NCBI GenBank assembly: GCA_040437565.1
Contig: JBDOQK010000032.1
Location: 310,001 to 374,000 of the forward strand
Direction: 5' to 3'
DNA from: Albugo candida
Taxonomy: Eukaryota
Length of the DNA stretch: 64,000 nucleotides
The notes under the pieces are model-generated. The model was not told the origin of the DNA and did no database searches. It worked only from the letters and a program-made list of their open reading frames with translations. This document shows, piece by piece, positions 10,954-24,767 of the stretch. Positions within the stretch are counted from its first letter, which is position 1; each line of letters starts with the position of its first letter. The position numbers and the translations under genes are program-made.

Positions 10954-12978
10954 ATGACGTACACCGGCGACTACGTCTTCACAAAGACGCTCACAGAACA
11001 AGAGAAACTTCAAATACAAGAAAAGGCCATCACGAAACTCACCGAAATCATCGGCGTCGAAGTGGATAATGTCATGGCGGTACGTAATCGATCCTCTTTT
11101 GCACCATACAAAGTGAGAATGCAATCCACCAAACGCGAAGAGAATGAGAAAAGGAAACACACAACGCCTCAAATCGGTCTCAATATCAATTTTCAACTTA
11201 TACAAATGCATTTATTATATCAAAAAGTCTGTAGGAGTGTGAGATTTGAAAATGTTGGCTGAATGTCGTGTCTGCCTCTCATCAAGAAACGTCCAGCAGC
11301 AAGCCAAGTCGCTAAATATGACGAGAATGGACATCAATCGCTCCTTTCGGCCCACAAATGGATAGACACTGGTCATACACTGATATACAAAGTGGTTGGC
11401 CGATAAAGTGAGATCTCTTTGGGCCGGAGGGGCTTTATGTCTGAGCAGTCAAACACCGCCTTTGATTTGGTTTCTTGGGCTTGCTGCTGGATGGAGTATT
11501 CTCCGTGCTTTTTTGGTTCTTTGCTATTGCTTTGATTGTATATTGACCCGTAGCACTCTACACATATCTTACCCGTTTCTTTATTTTATATTGCCTTATG
11601 AAACTATTCACAACGGCTGCCTTCAGGAATACGTGCTGGTTATGGTCGCGAACAAGAAGAGCATGACACAAATCGCCCACGATCTGATCGATTTTATCGG
11701 TGATGAAGCTGCAAATGAGTTTGTCACTTGGCTCAGTACAGCACTCCCCACGTTCGAAACACCAACGGGTAGCAGTGAGAAGAGTAAAGTATCGGCCGAA
11801 TCGTCCACAAAGCCAATTAACGAAACCAAACGCGAGAGCAGTCATGAGAAGAAAGTAAAGACGTCTCATACAAAAACAAGCAAAGCGACAAAGAAGAGAA
11901 ATGTCAAAGACGAATCAAATCACATGTCGTCGACAAAAAGCTCCACGAAAACGACAATCAAACTGAGCAGATCAAAGGATCAGGATATAAAGCAAGTGCT
12001 GGCGAAACGATCGCAACGATTTGGAATCACGAAAGAAAACACCGAAGACACACGTCATGAGGAAGGAACGAACAAGAGAAAATCATCAAAAATGGATTCA
12101 AATTCTCAGAAAAAAGCCTCTCGAGTGACTGAATTATTGGGACCTCCCGTCAACGTCGACCAAGCACAACTCGATGCTCGTGATGGTAGAAAACATAGAA
12201 GAACTCGTTCTCGATCGCCGACACGCAATACAAGCGACCGAACTCTTACTGGAACACCACAACGCTCACAAAGAGATTCAAATACCGCAGAAGCAAATAC
12301 CCGTCAACGCCGGACGGGGGAATGGGCTTCCACCGGTAAAGATAAAAGCATGCAATCGTCCTCCCCATCACACGAGAAAATGCACAAGAAGCGGTATGAA
12401 CAGCACGCCTATGGCTATCCGGTACCTCGAGGATTCAACGGCTACCCGCCAATGGTTTGTACACATCAAGTAAACAATCTGAATTCGCTATATGACTCAC
12501 AATTTTTCGTACTTTGTAGCCTTATGGTCCACCTGGCGCTGGAATGTTTTTCGGAGGTCCCGGGCCGTGTCCGCCTCCAATGCCTTATGGTATGGGCTTC
12601 CCATCTCCAGGCTATCCCACTCATCCGAATGCCGCGAAACGCTTCAATGAGCCCATATCTGGTCCTGTTCCAATGTCGGCGCCAAGTGGAATGACGAGAC
12701 GAAATCCGGGCAGAATATTTCCACGAGGTCGTCCATTTCTCAATAAGAGTTGGGTGAATCCTGAGACGGCAAAAAAGACTGAGAGCAATGAGCAGCCTTT
12801 GGGAAATGAAGATGGAGCTGTCACAATCACGTACAATCCTCCACAGAACTCGAAATTCACATCGCATGTAACACGTCCACGCTTCCAGAATAAAACTTGG
12901 GTCCGCACCGAAACCCAAAACGAAAGCGATTTATCGGAATCCTTACCAGTGACACCGCCTCAAGAATCAAAAGAGTAG
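10954..12978 (+). CDS. ZC3H14/Nab2-type PWI-like domain protein lacking CCCH fingers
   Basis: Exons 10954-11079, 11627-12454 and 12520-12978. The splice gives VDNVMA|EYVLVMVANKKSMTQIAHDLIDFIG...FVTWL, closely resembling the ZC3H14 N-terminal PWI-like domain. Pro/Gly-rich tail with two NK(S/T)WV motifs. Confidence 0.8.
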
Positions 12979-13045
12979 AAAATGGAATCGATTTGGCAAT
13001 GAAACAGATGCTGGAAAGGAACGATCTGAAAGCTGATTAGAAGTG

Positions 13046-16000
13046 GCTTGGGTCGGTAGATCGTTCTCAGGCTTGTAATGCCCGCTCTTTCTTTTCTGTA
13101 AGCTCAATGGAGACATCTTTGATCCAAGTACGCGTACCTCTTCCTCTATGCTCAGATCCATGGCGTCCATCCCTCGTACATCTCACACAGATTATCGACA
13201 CTTGTCGCTTCGTCAATGAGCCATTGAGCCTGTTCGGGCACGGACAATGGCGCGGAAAGTGTTCCTTGCGGGTAGCTTTGCACCCGACCGTTCAATTTGG
13301 AATGAATTCTTTCCATCACTTGGATACCAAATCGATTATGCTTTCCAGACGACTCCGTGTCGGCAGATTCTTCCGATTTGGCGAATGGATCGCTTTCGTT
13401 CGATTGCATGGCCGCTGATATCTCATACACACTTTGTGTGACACGAAAGAACAGTTCCAAGCATTTCTGAACCGTTTGTACGAATCGTTCCATCTCGCGT
13501 ATCGTTTTTGGATCCTCCAGCGCCAGACACAAAGTCAGTAGCGGGCGTAGATGTTGTCCGGCAGACTCGAGTTGTATCGACTCGCTGTCATTGAGAAATT
13601 GCTCCATGGACTCCTTCCATTCCGTAAGCTTCGACTCATTCAACTGGACGCATTTCCGCTCATGTGCTTCCAAAAGCAGTCTCAATGGCTCGAGACTGTC
13701 TCCTTTCAACGCTTGCACACTTTTCAACAAAATATTTCCTAGTCGCTCATTCTCTGTGAAGAAAGCCCCAAGCTTCTCTGAAGCCTCTGCGTCGGTACGT
13801 TTCGCGTCCTTCGTCTTGAGCGCACTCGCTTGCTTATAAAGCCCTTGTAGCAGAGATACAAAGTCGTGGATGGTGTCCCGTGCACCATTCGCGTGCTCGA
13901 TGAGCTCTTTGGATGTCGCTGCAATTGTCAAATGCATACGCTCAAGACATTCTTCCTTACCGAGTTGGACGCTTTCCAAAGACGCATTCGCATCATCGCA
14001 TAGACGCTTGAGTTCCTGGACACTCTCCTCGGTCTCCAATATGCGCTCACGCTCATCGACGAGCNNNNNNNNNNNNNNNNNNNNNNNNNNNNNNNNNNNN
14101 NNNNNNNNNNNNNNNNNNNNNNNNNNNNNNNNNNNNNNNNNNNNNNNNNNNNNNNNNNNNNNNNGCTTGGGTCGGTAGATCGTTCTCAGGCTTGTAATGC
14201 CCGCTCTTTCTTTTCTGTAAGCTCAATGGAGACATCTTTGATCCAAGTACGCGTACCTCTTCCTCTATGCTCAGATCCATGGCGTCCATCCCTCGTACAT
14301 CTCACACAGATTATCGACACTTGTCGCTTCGTCAATGAGCCATTGAGCCTGTTCGGGCACGGACAATGGCGCGGAAAGTGTTCCTTGCGGGTAGCTTTGC
14401 ACCCGACCGTTCAATTTGGAATGAATTCTTTCCATCACTTGGATACCAAATCGATTATGCTTTCCAGACGACTCCGTGTCGGCAGATTCTTCCGATTTGG
14501 CGAATGGATCGCTTTCGTTCGATTGCATGGCCGCTGATATCTCATACACACTTTGTGTGACACGAAAGAACAGTTCCAAGCATTTCTGAACCGTTTGTAC
14601 GAATCGTTCCATCTCGCGTATCGTTTTTGGATCCTCCAGCGCCAGACACAAAGTCAGTAGCGGGCGTAGATGTTGTCCGGCAGACTCGAGTTGTATCGAC
14701 TCGCTGTCATTGAGAAATTGCTCCATGGACTCCTTCCATTCCGTAAGCTTCGACTCATTCAACTGGACGCATTTCCGCTCATGTGCTTCCAAAAGCAGTC
14801 TCAATGGCTCGAGACTGTCTCCTTTCAACGCTTGCACACTTTTCAACAAAATATTTCCTAGTCGCTCATTCTCTGTGAAGAAAGCCCCAAGCTTCTCTGA
14901 AGCCTCTGCGTCGGTACGTTTCGCGTCCTTCGTCTTGAGCGCACTCGCTTGCTTATAAAGCCCTTGTAGCAGAGATACAAAGTCGTGGATGGTGTCCCGT
15001 GCACCATTCGCGTGCTCGATGAGCTCTTTGGATGTCGCTGCAATTGTCAAATGCATACGCTCAAGACATTCTTCCTTACCGAGTTGGACGCTTTCCAAAG
15101 ACGCATTCGCATCATCGCATAGACGCTTGAGTTCCTGGACACTCTCCTCGGTCTCCAATATGCGCTCACGCTCATCGACGAGCGATATCTGCTCGTCGAT
15201 CAATTCGTTTAGCAAACTCACTCCAACGCGGTCAACGTGTCGGGGCTTCGCGTTCGAATTACTCGCAGCTTCCCTTCGCGAGGATTCAATGAGAAGGATC
15301 CCGCGCATCACATCGCCAAATTCACGAATGTGCCCGAGCACACGTTTATATCGTCCGATATCCGCCGCCTCCTCTTCACGCCTCTCTTCTGCGTCGTGTA
15401 CGATCTTCTCCATCACATTTACTTGCTTCAATAAAGCGTCTAATTCCGCGGTATGAGATTCCAAGACAGAAATCAATTGCGGTCGGGTAGCGATTCTATC
15501 GGCGATGATTGGAAGGCATTGATCACATGTCCATAGGAGATATCGACGTCGACATTCGACTTTGTTTTGTTGCGTACGGATCATCGCTGCTCGTGCGGTG
15601 ACAAGCTGCGTTCTGCGTTGGGTGCACGAAGCCTTCTCCACTGATTCTTTGACTCGATTGAGAGCCGATTCGACCGTATGGAACCATTCATTGCCGACAT
15701 CACTGCTCCACGTCGATGGTAAAATATCTTCCAACTGATNNNNNNNNNNNNNNNNNNNNNNNNNNNNNNNNNNNNNNNNNNNNNNNNNNNNNNNNNNNNN
15801 NNNNNNNNNNNNNNNNNNNNNNNNNNNNNNNNNNNNNNNCATCGACGAGCGATATCTGCTCGTCGATCAATTCGTTTAGCAAACTCACTCCAACGCGGTC
15901 AACGTGTCGGGGCTTCGCGTTCGAATTACTCGCAGCTTCCCTTCGCGAGGATTCAATGAGAAGGATCCCGCGCATCACATCGCCAAATTCACGAATGTGC

Positions 16001-16406
16001 CCGAGCACACGTTTATATCGTCCGATATCCGCCGCCTCCTCTTCACGCCTCTCTTCTGCGTCGTGTACGATCTTCTCCATCACATTTACTTGCTTCAATA
16101 AAGCGTCTAATTCCGCGGTATGAGATTCCAAGACAGAAATCAATTGCGGTCGGGTAGCGATTCTATCGGCGATGATTGGAAGGCATTGATCACATGTCCA
16201 TAGGAGATATCGACGTCGACATTCGACTTTGTTTTGTTGCGTACGGATCATCGCTGCTCGTGCGGTGACAAGCTGCGTTCTGCGTTGGGTGCACGAAGCC
16301 TTCTCCACTGATTCTTTGACTCGATTGAGAGCCGATTCGACCGTATGGAACCATTCATTGCCGACATCACTGCTCCACGTCGATGGTAAAATATCTTCCA
16401 ACTGAT
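13046..16406. repeat. Two gap-flanking duplications in the SMG1 3' region (13046-14064 = 14165-15183; 15173-15739 = 15840-16406)
   Basis: Identical sequence either side of N-runs 14065-14164 and 15740-15839. Confidence 0.9.
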
Positions 16407-19400
16407 TGCTTAAGAACGCTTCCCAATCGGCGATCGTCTCGAGCCACCTCTGCTCGTTCCGTACAGCTTGTTCGAGTGCGTTTTGTAGAGGGAGTAACAT
16501 GTGTTTCGATACGAAAGATATCATCTCTTCTTCAATGAGTTTGTCGGCTTGTAAGCCTCTCGAGTCGCGAATGGCTCGTGAGACGCGGAGACAGAGATGT
16601 TGGAAGTCCGTTTGTGCTTCAGATCGATCTTTGAGAGCATATATCTGGGCAAAGGAGTCCAATGATTCATTCCATTTCTCTATTTCGCGTCTGCGTGGCG
16701 TCTCGACTTTGCTGGGATTCTGCATGAGCTCAAGAGCAGTCATCAAAATTCCCAAATAGAGCTCTTCTGTCGATGAGACAACGCCAATAATTTCATTCAT
16801 TGCGTCCGCTACGGAATCGTTCAAAAGATCAGACGCATTCAGTCGACGTAACGAGCTTTTCGACAGATTCGAGAGCTTCATGGCAGCTCCAAGTGAGCAC
16901 GTAAGACTTCTCGCTGTCCAAAGTGAGTTTGGAATGCGATTTCCAATCGTACGGATCCATTGAGAGCACACGAGCTTCAGGAAGCGATGATGTTGCGCAT
17001 TTGATAATTTGATTTGTCCGACAGAGTCTTTCAAATTGTTCAAATCGATTTCCAATGCACAAAGTGCGATTTCGTGTGCGCTGTTCTCTCCTTTGACATC
17101 CATTTCGTATCCAATTCGATCGATTTCCACGAGGAATTGCTCACTTTGTTGGAGGCTTCGCGCGGTGCTTTGATTCCAAAGACTTTTATCGATTGCATTT
17201 TGGAATTCTTTCAATTCGATCGATTGCATACAATCGAATCGATAAAGCAGTTTTTCGCATCGTTTCCACCACTCAAAGTACACGTCTTCTTTCAGCAGCT
17301 CATAGCCATTTGCATCGCGATGCAACTCTGCATACTCGGCGACATAGCTCCCACACGACGACATAATGTCACGAAATCGATGGACGAAATGGCGAAACGA
17401 TTGATGGAGCAGAGTCTTCCCGGAAAGCTCGAGCGCATCGACGTCATCGCGCGTGGAATTGCCGTCGTATTCGGTCACCTGGAGCTTCCAGCCGACGATC
17501 TGTTCGTGTCGGGCTTTGCATTCCTCCATGAACGCCTCCACTCGCTCGCGTACATTTTGAATCTTACTCGAATTCGATTGTATGAATACCGCAGCTTTCG
17601 CTTCGAATGCTTTGAGCTGTTGTCTGATCTCATTCTCACGTCGAAGAAGCGTTTGAAACGATTGATATTCCTTCATTAGCGCTCGGAAATGGTTGGGAAG
17701 TGGTTGTGATACTCGTGTCCAGGCTTTCTCGAGTGCAGAAGCCAACTCATTCGCTTGCTGTCTTCGCTCCTCGGCACGCGAAAGGAACAGCGACATATTG
17801 ATACAAAGCTCCATACGACTTTTCTCTTGATTCTGTGCATCCATTCCATCTGTCCATTCCACCAGCGGATCGTACGCAAACGCCTCCATAAGCGTCAGAA
17901 TGCTTTCACGATTCTCTGCATCGCGGACTTTGCGTAATGTGTCTTCAAGCACACATCGAAAGCTTCCCTGTGTTCCCATCAATCCGTAGACGTCCTTCAT
18001 CATTGGTGTCAGACGGAAGGGAACGCGCTCGGGCACTTTGAGTAATCTCCCGCGATCGAAACACACATTGAAATCGATATGAAGCGCTTCTCCGGTTTCC
18101 TGACACAATAAAATGTTGTCTAAATGACGATCGCCGACGCCGAGGACGTAGCCGAGCACCGACATGATCGCCATGGAGCGCTGAAGTCGTTCCACATTCA
18201 TCGATGCGTGCGCGATATCATCAGCTTGACTCATAATCTCATGCTTGAGAACATCGCGTGGCATCTGACCCGCAAGCTCATTGTAAATGCTCTTGAGCGT
18301 CTCATGCGGTCGACTTGCGGCAATTTGAGAGATACCGTGCTCCTTGAGCTTTGCGTAAAACGCGGCTGTAGGAACAGCAGATTCCAAGCGATCGTCAATG
18401 AATTTCCACGTCGAGTAAATGTGATAAAATGACGTCACATTCGGAACCATTTGGATGAGTCCGGCGGTCTCCGACAGCGGGACGACATGATACAATCGAA
18501 CGGAGCGTTTGGGGCCTAACGACTGATTCATTGCCTGTAGTAATTGCATGACGCGATCATCGAGACGTAAGTCTTCGCGGGCTTTGAGCAGATAGTGAAA
18601 GCTTTGGCCGTTGGATGCGATGAAATGGAGTTGTTTTGGCTTTGTTTTCGTCTTGAGAATCGTTACATTCGGATCAATTCGCGTGATACAAAGCGGTTCT
18701 TTGACGATACTTCCCGGCAGAGGCACAGGCTGTGTGGCGCTTGCGGCTAAAATGGGAGAGATCTCATCGAGAGGAAGGATGTCTTGTGTCGTTGCTATCA
18801 GCGTTTCCAGTAGAGATGCAAATGGAGCCCACGTATCAGCTACAATCGGCACATCCTCCGTGTCGGAGAGAGCACATTGCTGCTTGAGATGATCGATCGC
18901 CGAGTCGATAGAGACGCTGTAGAGTGAGAGAAAGCGATTCTCATGAGGCGTTCGAGCTCTTGCGCTTCCAATTGTTTCATTCCAAACATCGTCAAGCGTT
19001 TTAAGAATCGGACGCATCAACGCTTTGTATTTGCGATGCCCCAACGCTTTCTTCTCCGATAAAGAGAGCGTCATGTTCTTGGCGACACGTGCGTTTTCTT
19101 TGGTGAGTGTGGAAGCACGTCGCGAGACATCTGCTTCCAATTTCGTGAGCGTCATGATCCAGGCTTCTTCCCACAACACAGAGATTCGTTGGAGCTCATG
19201 AACGACACTGGAGACCCGCAAGACGTGTTCTAAAGATTGGGTGCGAAGTAGTGTCATAATACGATCAATCGCGACGGAAGGATTCGGTTTGAGAGCTTCC
19301 ACGACGATAATGTACGTAATACTTTGCGGGTAACGTGTTGCCATACGACAGAGAAGCGCTGTCAGTTCCGATACAATCAAACCGCACGGATGTGTGAGTC

Positions 19401-22400
19401 GAGCGACAAGTTGAGACGCCATTTTCAGCCATAAAGAAAGCGAGCACGTTGTGAAATACGCTGATATTTTCGGTAAGAGATTTGGCATCCATTCGCATTG
19501 CATAAGCAGTCGGAGAAATCGCACACATAATTTGATGGAAAGTGCTTCTCCGCAGAGAGTTGCGTATCTGTTGTACCCGTCCATCGCCATCGCAAACGCT
19601 GCAGTCGGATCCGCGTCGACTACATTTTCTGACAATTGAAAAAGCGGTTGGATTGGGTTTTGGGTCTCCGCGGACTTCCGTGCGTTCCCGTACGCATAAC
19701 ACCAGTCGGCGTATGCGAGCCACACGCTCGAGCAAGTGGGCGCCAGGTGCACCGCTGCATTCAATCGTTTCCAATCCCGTGGACCTTGGAGGATTCGGTC
19801 CAATTGAGCGTCGACTTGAAACGATTTGACTTCACCGATCGCAATCAAACTCAATGCGACTGCTTCCTTGACGCTCGGTAGCGCTTCCTCGACACTTTCA
19901 AGCTCACAAAGAAGAAAACTGACCAATTCCTCCGTGTCGGTGATCGCGTCATAAGTCGAACGTGTCGATGTGTGCGTGAGAATACGTTCCGAAAACTCAT
20001 AATTTCGCTGTTTCCGTGCGAGTTGAGCGATGTGAATTGCAAATTCCTCGCGAATTGGCGACGGATTTGCGTAAAAGAGCGGAAATGACCACAAACACGC
20101 GTCCAAAAGGGATGGGTCGCGGTACAGAGAAAAGACTTTCATTTGTTGCTCCACGTGAGTGACGTTGAGACTGCCGAGAAAAAGCAGCTGAGGAGCTTCC
20201 AAAGTCGGTTCCTGAAGGATCCTTTCCGTGACACGATTCACGTCAATGGAATTGGCAGCCGGAGCGTGGACGTAGAGATCCCATTCTGCGAGCTCATCGA
20301 TCTCGAAAGTGGTCCACGGCGTCTTGGAGTCATTGATAAGGCCGTTGTCGGACAGCTGCATTATGGACGCATACCGTTGAATTGTGTTGCATTTTGGTGC
20401 GTCTTCAAAGGCGTTTAGCTTTTGTACAAAGTCGTTGAGCTGTGTCCATCGACGGAGACGAGAACACACGATCACGTAGTCTCTGATACATCCGAAGAAT
20501 GTCGTCGGGGACACATACACTTCACAAAGATCGTTTGAGTTTGTGTATCGCATTAGCGGCTCAAAGAATGCGTCCAAATGCGTCAGAGTGTCTTCATACC
20601 GCAATTCCGCGAGCTGTTGGACGCTACGGAACCATCGGAATAGTGGGAGATTGCTGAACGCCAAAGTGATTTGCTGCAGTCCAAAGAGATCGTCAACGCG
20701 CTCGAGTGTGGCCAGTGGTCGAGCTGCGAGATACAACGCGCTGTCCAGTGCGATAAGTGACGTTCGGAGATCGGAATTGCCTTCCAAAGGAGTGTGTTGA
20801 GTCTGAGCAAAGTGATATCGATGTTCCGCTTGCTGGAACGCTCCGGTGAGACTTCCAATCGCCAGGAAAGACAGCTTACGCGCCATGAACTCTCCCTTTT
20901 GGTCGTAGCAAAGACGAATGAGCTTTGGACGTATTCGATCAAACCAATCGATGCAAACGCGAGCGTTCACGCGGAAGAAAGAGACGACTTTACTTGCATC
21001 CATTTCGTCCAATTCTCCGAGCAAATCGGCTTTTTCCGATGTCACGCGAGCGACACAAATCTCTAAATGACCGATAAACTCTAAAAAGAGATTCTTTGTG
21101 GTTGAAAATGCAATCGGATCGATCGGTTGGAATGCGAGAAATCGGTCTAAAACGGCTTCCAAGTGCGCCAACGTCTGCGTCGGGCCTCCAAAACACGTTC
21201 GGAGGCGGTGGAGGACACAATACGCCGCAGTATCCCGCACGAGATCCATGGCGTTCCGGCTTGGAATCGCATTTTCACGGCGTGCGTACACAGACATAAC
21301 GCGTTCCAGGCTCCGCCATTGCTCCATAGAGACCTCCGAGGCGCTCCATACGCTTAAAACGCCCTCACAGACTTTGGATGGGAGCAATGATTGACGGCGA
21401 TGCGATGGATTTCGACTGCCGTACAGTATCGCTACTGCCCAAATTTTACTGAGAATCGCCTCAGCGATATATAATCGCATTTTGTTGTCGTGACAGACGC
21501 CAAGTGCGATCGCTACGTTGAATAATGGCACTGCTACTTCCTCATTGTCGTTGTGAGCGTCCGCGATATTCGCCAGCACGTTGAGACACATTTGACGCGT
21601 ATTTCGACAGAGTTCCCCATCAGAGAGTTTCCAATGAATCCAATCGATAAATTGGTGCGTCCATAGGCGACAGCGTATGTTTTTGGAAGCGTTCACAAGC
21701 ACTTTGAGAGCTATTGGCCAGAGACTCTGATACAAAAGTGAGCATACACGCTGCATGAAGTCGTCTGAAGGCTCAGGAATGTTCAATTCGTGTCGATGGA
21801 TGAATGCATACAGCTGTAAAAGCATACAAAGTACCAAACGCCCTGCGGATGTCGCCTCCAGCTGTAGAGTCTTTGTGATCGAGGAAAAGATCGTTTGTGT
21901 ATCGCCGTCCATGAGGCTTTCTGAGCCGCCTGCGAGCGTCACACAAAAGCACGTCGCGTAGAATGTGGCGTCCTCTTCTTTCTCATCGCTAACCAATCGG
22001 AAAATCTCTTCACATAAGCTCTAACAGGTGAATATGAGAACTCGAGCATCCTAATTTGGAAAGAGGCTTACAAGTAAGAATACGTGACGCCCTTGCCTGG
22101 CACACACGACTGCGATTCGGAGGAGCATGGTGAGGGTGTCGGGAAACCGTAAAGGAAGCAGTTGGAGGAGGTATTTGCTCTGTATAATACCAACAGCGAT
22201 GCCAGCGGAAGCTGCTGGAAATGTGTGTAGAGATTCCATGCAAAAGACTCCATGCGATTTCTGTAAAAGCTGATAAAGATCCTGCAGATCGACGCGTTTG
22301 GAGACGAGGAAAGACGTTTGGCAAAGCAGAAATCGACCAGAGAGTAGCTGAGTGAAAGCTGTTGGTTGGATGTCGTTGAGGATGAGAATAAGGCAATCAA

Positions 22401-23832
22401 AGCACTTTAGCGGATCGTTTGTGTTGTGGAAAAGGGAATACTCGACACGAGAGATGACCTCCAGCACGCGTTGTAAGAGTACGGATATGGTCGTATGCGT
22501 GATAGAGGACTTTGACATGCAGGCTGCGATGATGAGATAGCATACAATCAACGTACTCAATCGACTATTGGGGCTTTTGGACTTGCATAAAGCCTCGATA
22601 TCCTGTGAGAAATAAGAGGTATGAGAGCGGATAACGCTTGTGAGGAAGGGCGACGTACAGTGCAAAAGGATGTGAGTAATTGGAGACTAAATTCCGAGTG
22701 TTGGGACCATAAGTCTTGCCACGTTTCCAGAATTTTGATGACATACAACCTGTAGGAGAGAGATGAGTTGGAGTGTTACATTCCGGCGATCGTCTACCTG
22801 AGCGTATCGCTGCAGGTTGTGTTCATTGCCCATCCAACGCACACGTCGGCGATATCGATAAAATGAGGCTTTAAATGCTTCATCACAGCGTGTTGAAGCT
22901 GTTTTCGATCGCTGTGTAGCAGTGTTTCTTGGTGCTTCACGATTTGTCTAACGATCATTTCGTCTTCTGTTGAGTTGAGCACAGATTTCCAGACTTGCAT
23001 GATGCGAATCAGTGCAGTTTCCCACTCTAAATACTCTACTGTTCGCTCATTCCACTTGTGTTGGGATGATAGAGCGCTTTTTTTGCTCTTCACTTCGATA
23101 TATTGCACGTCCGCGNNNNNNNNNNNNNNNNNNNNNNNNNNNNNNNNNNNNNNNNNNNNNNNNNNNNNNNNNNNNNNNNNNNNNNNNNNNNNNNNNNNNN
23201 NNNNNNNNNNNNNNNTTCCACTTGTGTTGGGATGATAGAGCGCTTTTTTTGCTCTTCACTTCGATATATTGCACGTCCGCGAAAGCTTTTGTGGCTCCAT
23301 TTGACTGTATAAGAGGTATCCTTTCTGTCGCCCGCATAAGAATGCCAAACGCCCACTCAATGTACCAGTGTTCTCGATCCAAAAGGATAAATTTACTGAT
23401 CCATTCCAAGCATTTTCTCGGACAAAGTCCTCCAAGTATGGAGAGAATTTCCAGCACGTTATCTTTGAGCTGCTGGTGTTGTGATTGATACATAACGGAC
23501 TTTGTCAAAGGCGCTATGAGGATGTCCAAAAGCACGTTAAAGAACGGCTCCATTGCGTTGTAAATGGACAATAATGTCGACGCATTGGCGGAATATAACG
23601 CGTTTTTGTGCGTTTCCAATTGCGTTTGTAGGTACCTTTTGATGCTTAAGAGCGTTTTGTTGCGTTGTTTGAGAGAAATGGCGTCTCCATCGGCGTTTGT
23701 GGCTGTTATTAGCCGGCGAATTGCTTTTTGGAGCTCCTCGATGGAGTGAATTATTTGCGTATTGACTGACGCTGGAGATGGCGGGAAGGTTTTGCCATAA
23801 AATGTCTTATTTGTGGGTGCTGTATTCACCAT
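14271..23832 (-). CDS. SMG1: SMG1 PIKK-family serine/threonine kinase (nonsense-mediated decay)
   Basis: LRTCFGGPTQTL (SMG1 domain), FRB-like LWEEAW, KTKTKPKQL, YLLKAREDLRLD, GDRHLDN, HIDFN and FATC end DNLCEMYEGWTPWI. Several 5' introns; split by gaps; 3' end duplicated at 13152-14064. Roughly 2,850 aa after collapsing overlaps. Confidence 0.92.
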
Positions 23833-24767
23833 AGTATTGAAAGTTAGCTGTGAAATAAAAGTGTAGCGAGTGAATCAAAAGTGCATTCTTGACAGCTCCT
23901 TTTGGTTCCGGTTTTGTGCGACACGACTTAAGACCCGAACATAGCAAATCAGCTCAAGCGTACTTAGTAGATTGCATATTTAGACTGAATGATAGCTGAA
24001 ATTGGAATGCTGTATTCACATTTACTAAATTGGACTAGGGTGTTAAAAATGTTACATAAACGGCTTTGTGGCTCATTATGATTTGAATAATGATCATTGA
24101 AAATGAACTTCTTGCAAGTAATGGATTGATAGATAAATACAGTATTGTACTATCGTAGTGCATGGCAATATAGAAGATGGCCTTACTGCCGTAATCGCAT
24201 CAGTAAATAGTAACGCACTAACAACTGATTCAAATTCCCCTTGGACACTAGAAAGTCTTTGCACTCCTTAGATAATCGAAACAAAACAGCTGTGACGTAA
24301 AATAAAAGAGCGCAACAAGCACACACAAAGGGCAATATGATCTGATATCACTCATCTTCTGTCAAGCATATATGCCATCAGGTAAAGGACTAGCGTTCTG
24401 AATCAAAGCATGAAAAGCGCGAGGTAAAGTGCCAAAACCTCGCCTTTACTAAACGTCAGACAATGATTGCACCAACATATTCTCTGTCTCAGCTGGTCGA
24501 CACATCTGAGAAGGAAGAGTTCTTCACCTGACTTTATTCTCTCTAATGATCCCATTAGTGCCTTAGGCGCGCAGTTTACTGAAAGACAAAATGAATGCTT
24601 TGTAATGCAACACGTCTTTACGACCAATCACATTACTCTCTCTTCTGTATATTCGTTATAGAGCACATAAGGCACAAGAAAGACAAATGTGTTTACTATA
24701 TTCGCATTTTAGCTATTGCTCTTTGTCTGTTCACCGACAAAGAAAGCACGAATCTGTTCTAGATTAG

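Noticed and set aside
9624-11626. Telomerase RNA as the identity of the structured regions
   Set aside because: No CCCTAA(A)-type template was found on either strand.
13046-16406. Apparent extra SMG1 C-terminal/FATC genes
   Set aside because: Exact overlaps around two gaps; there is one gene.
17014-17679. Long antisense ORFs (e.g. 221 aa here, 210 aa at 8866-9498)
   Set aside because: Shadow ORFs opposite real genes, with no domain signal.
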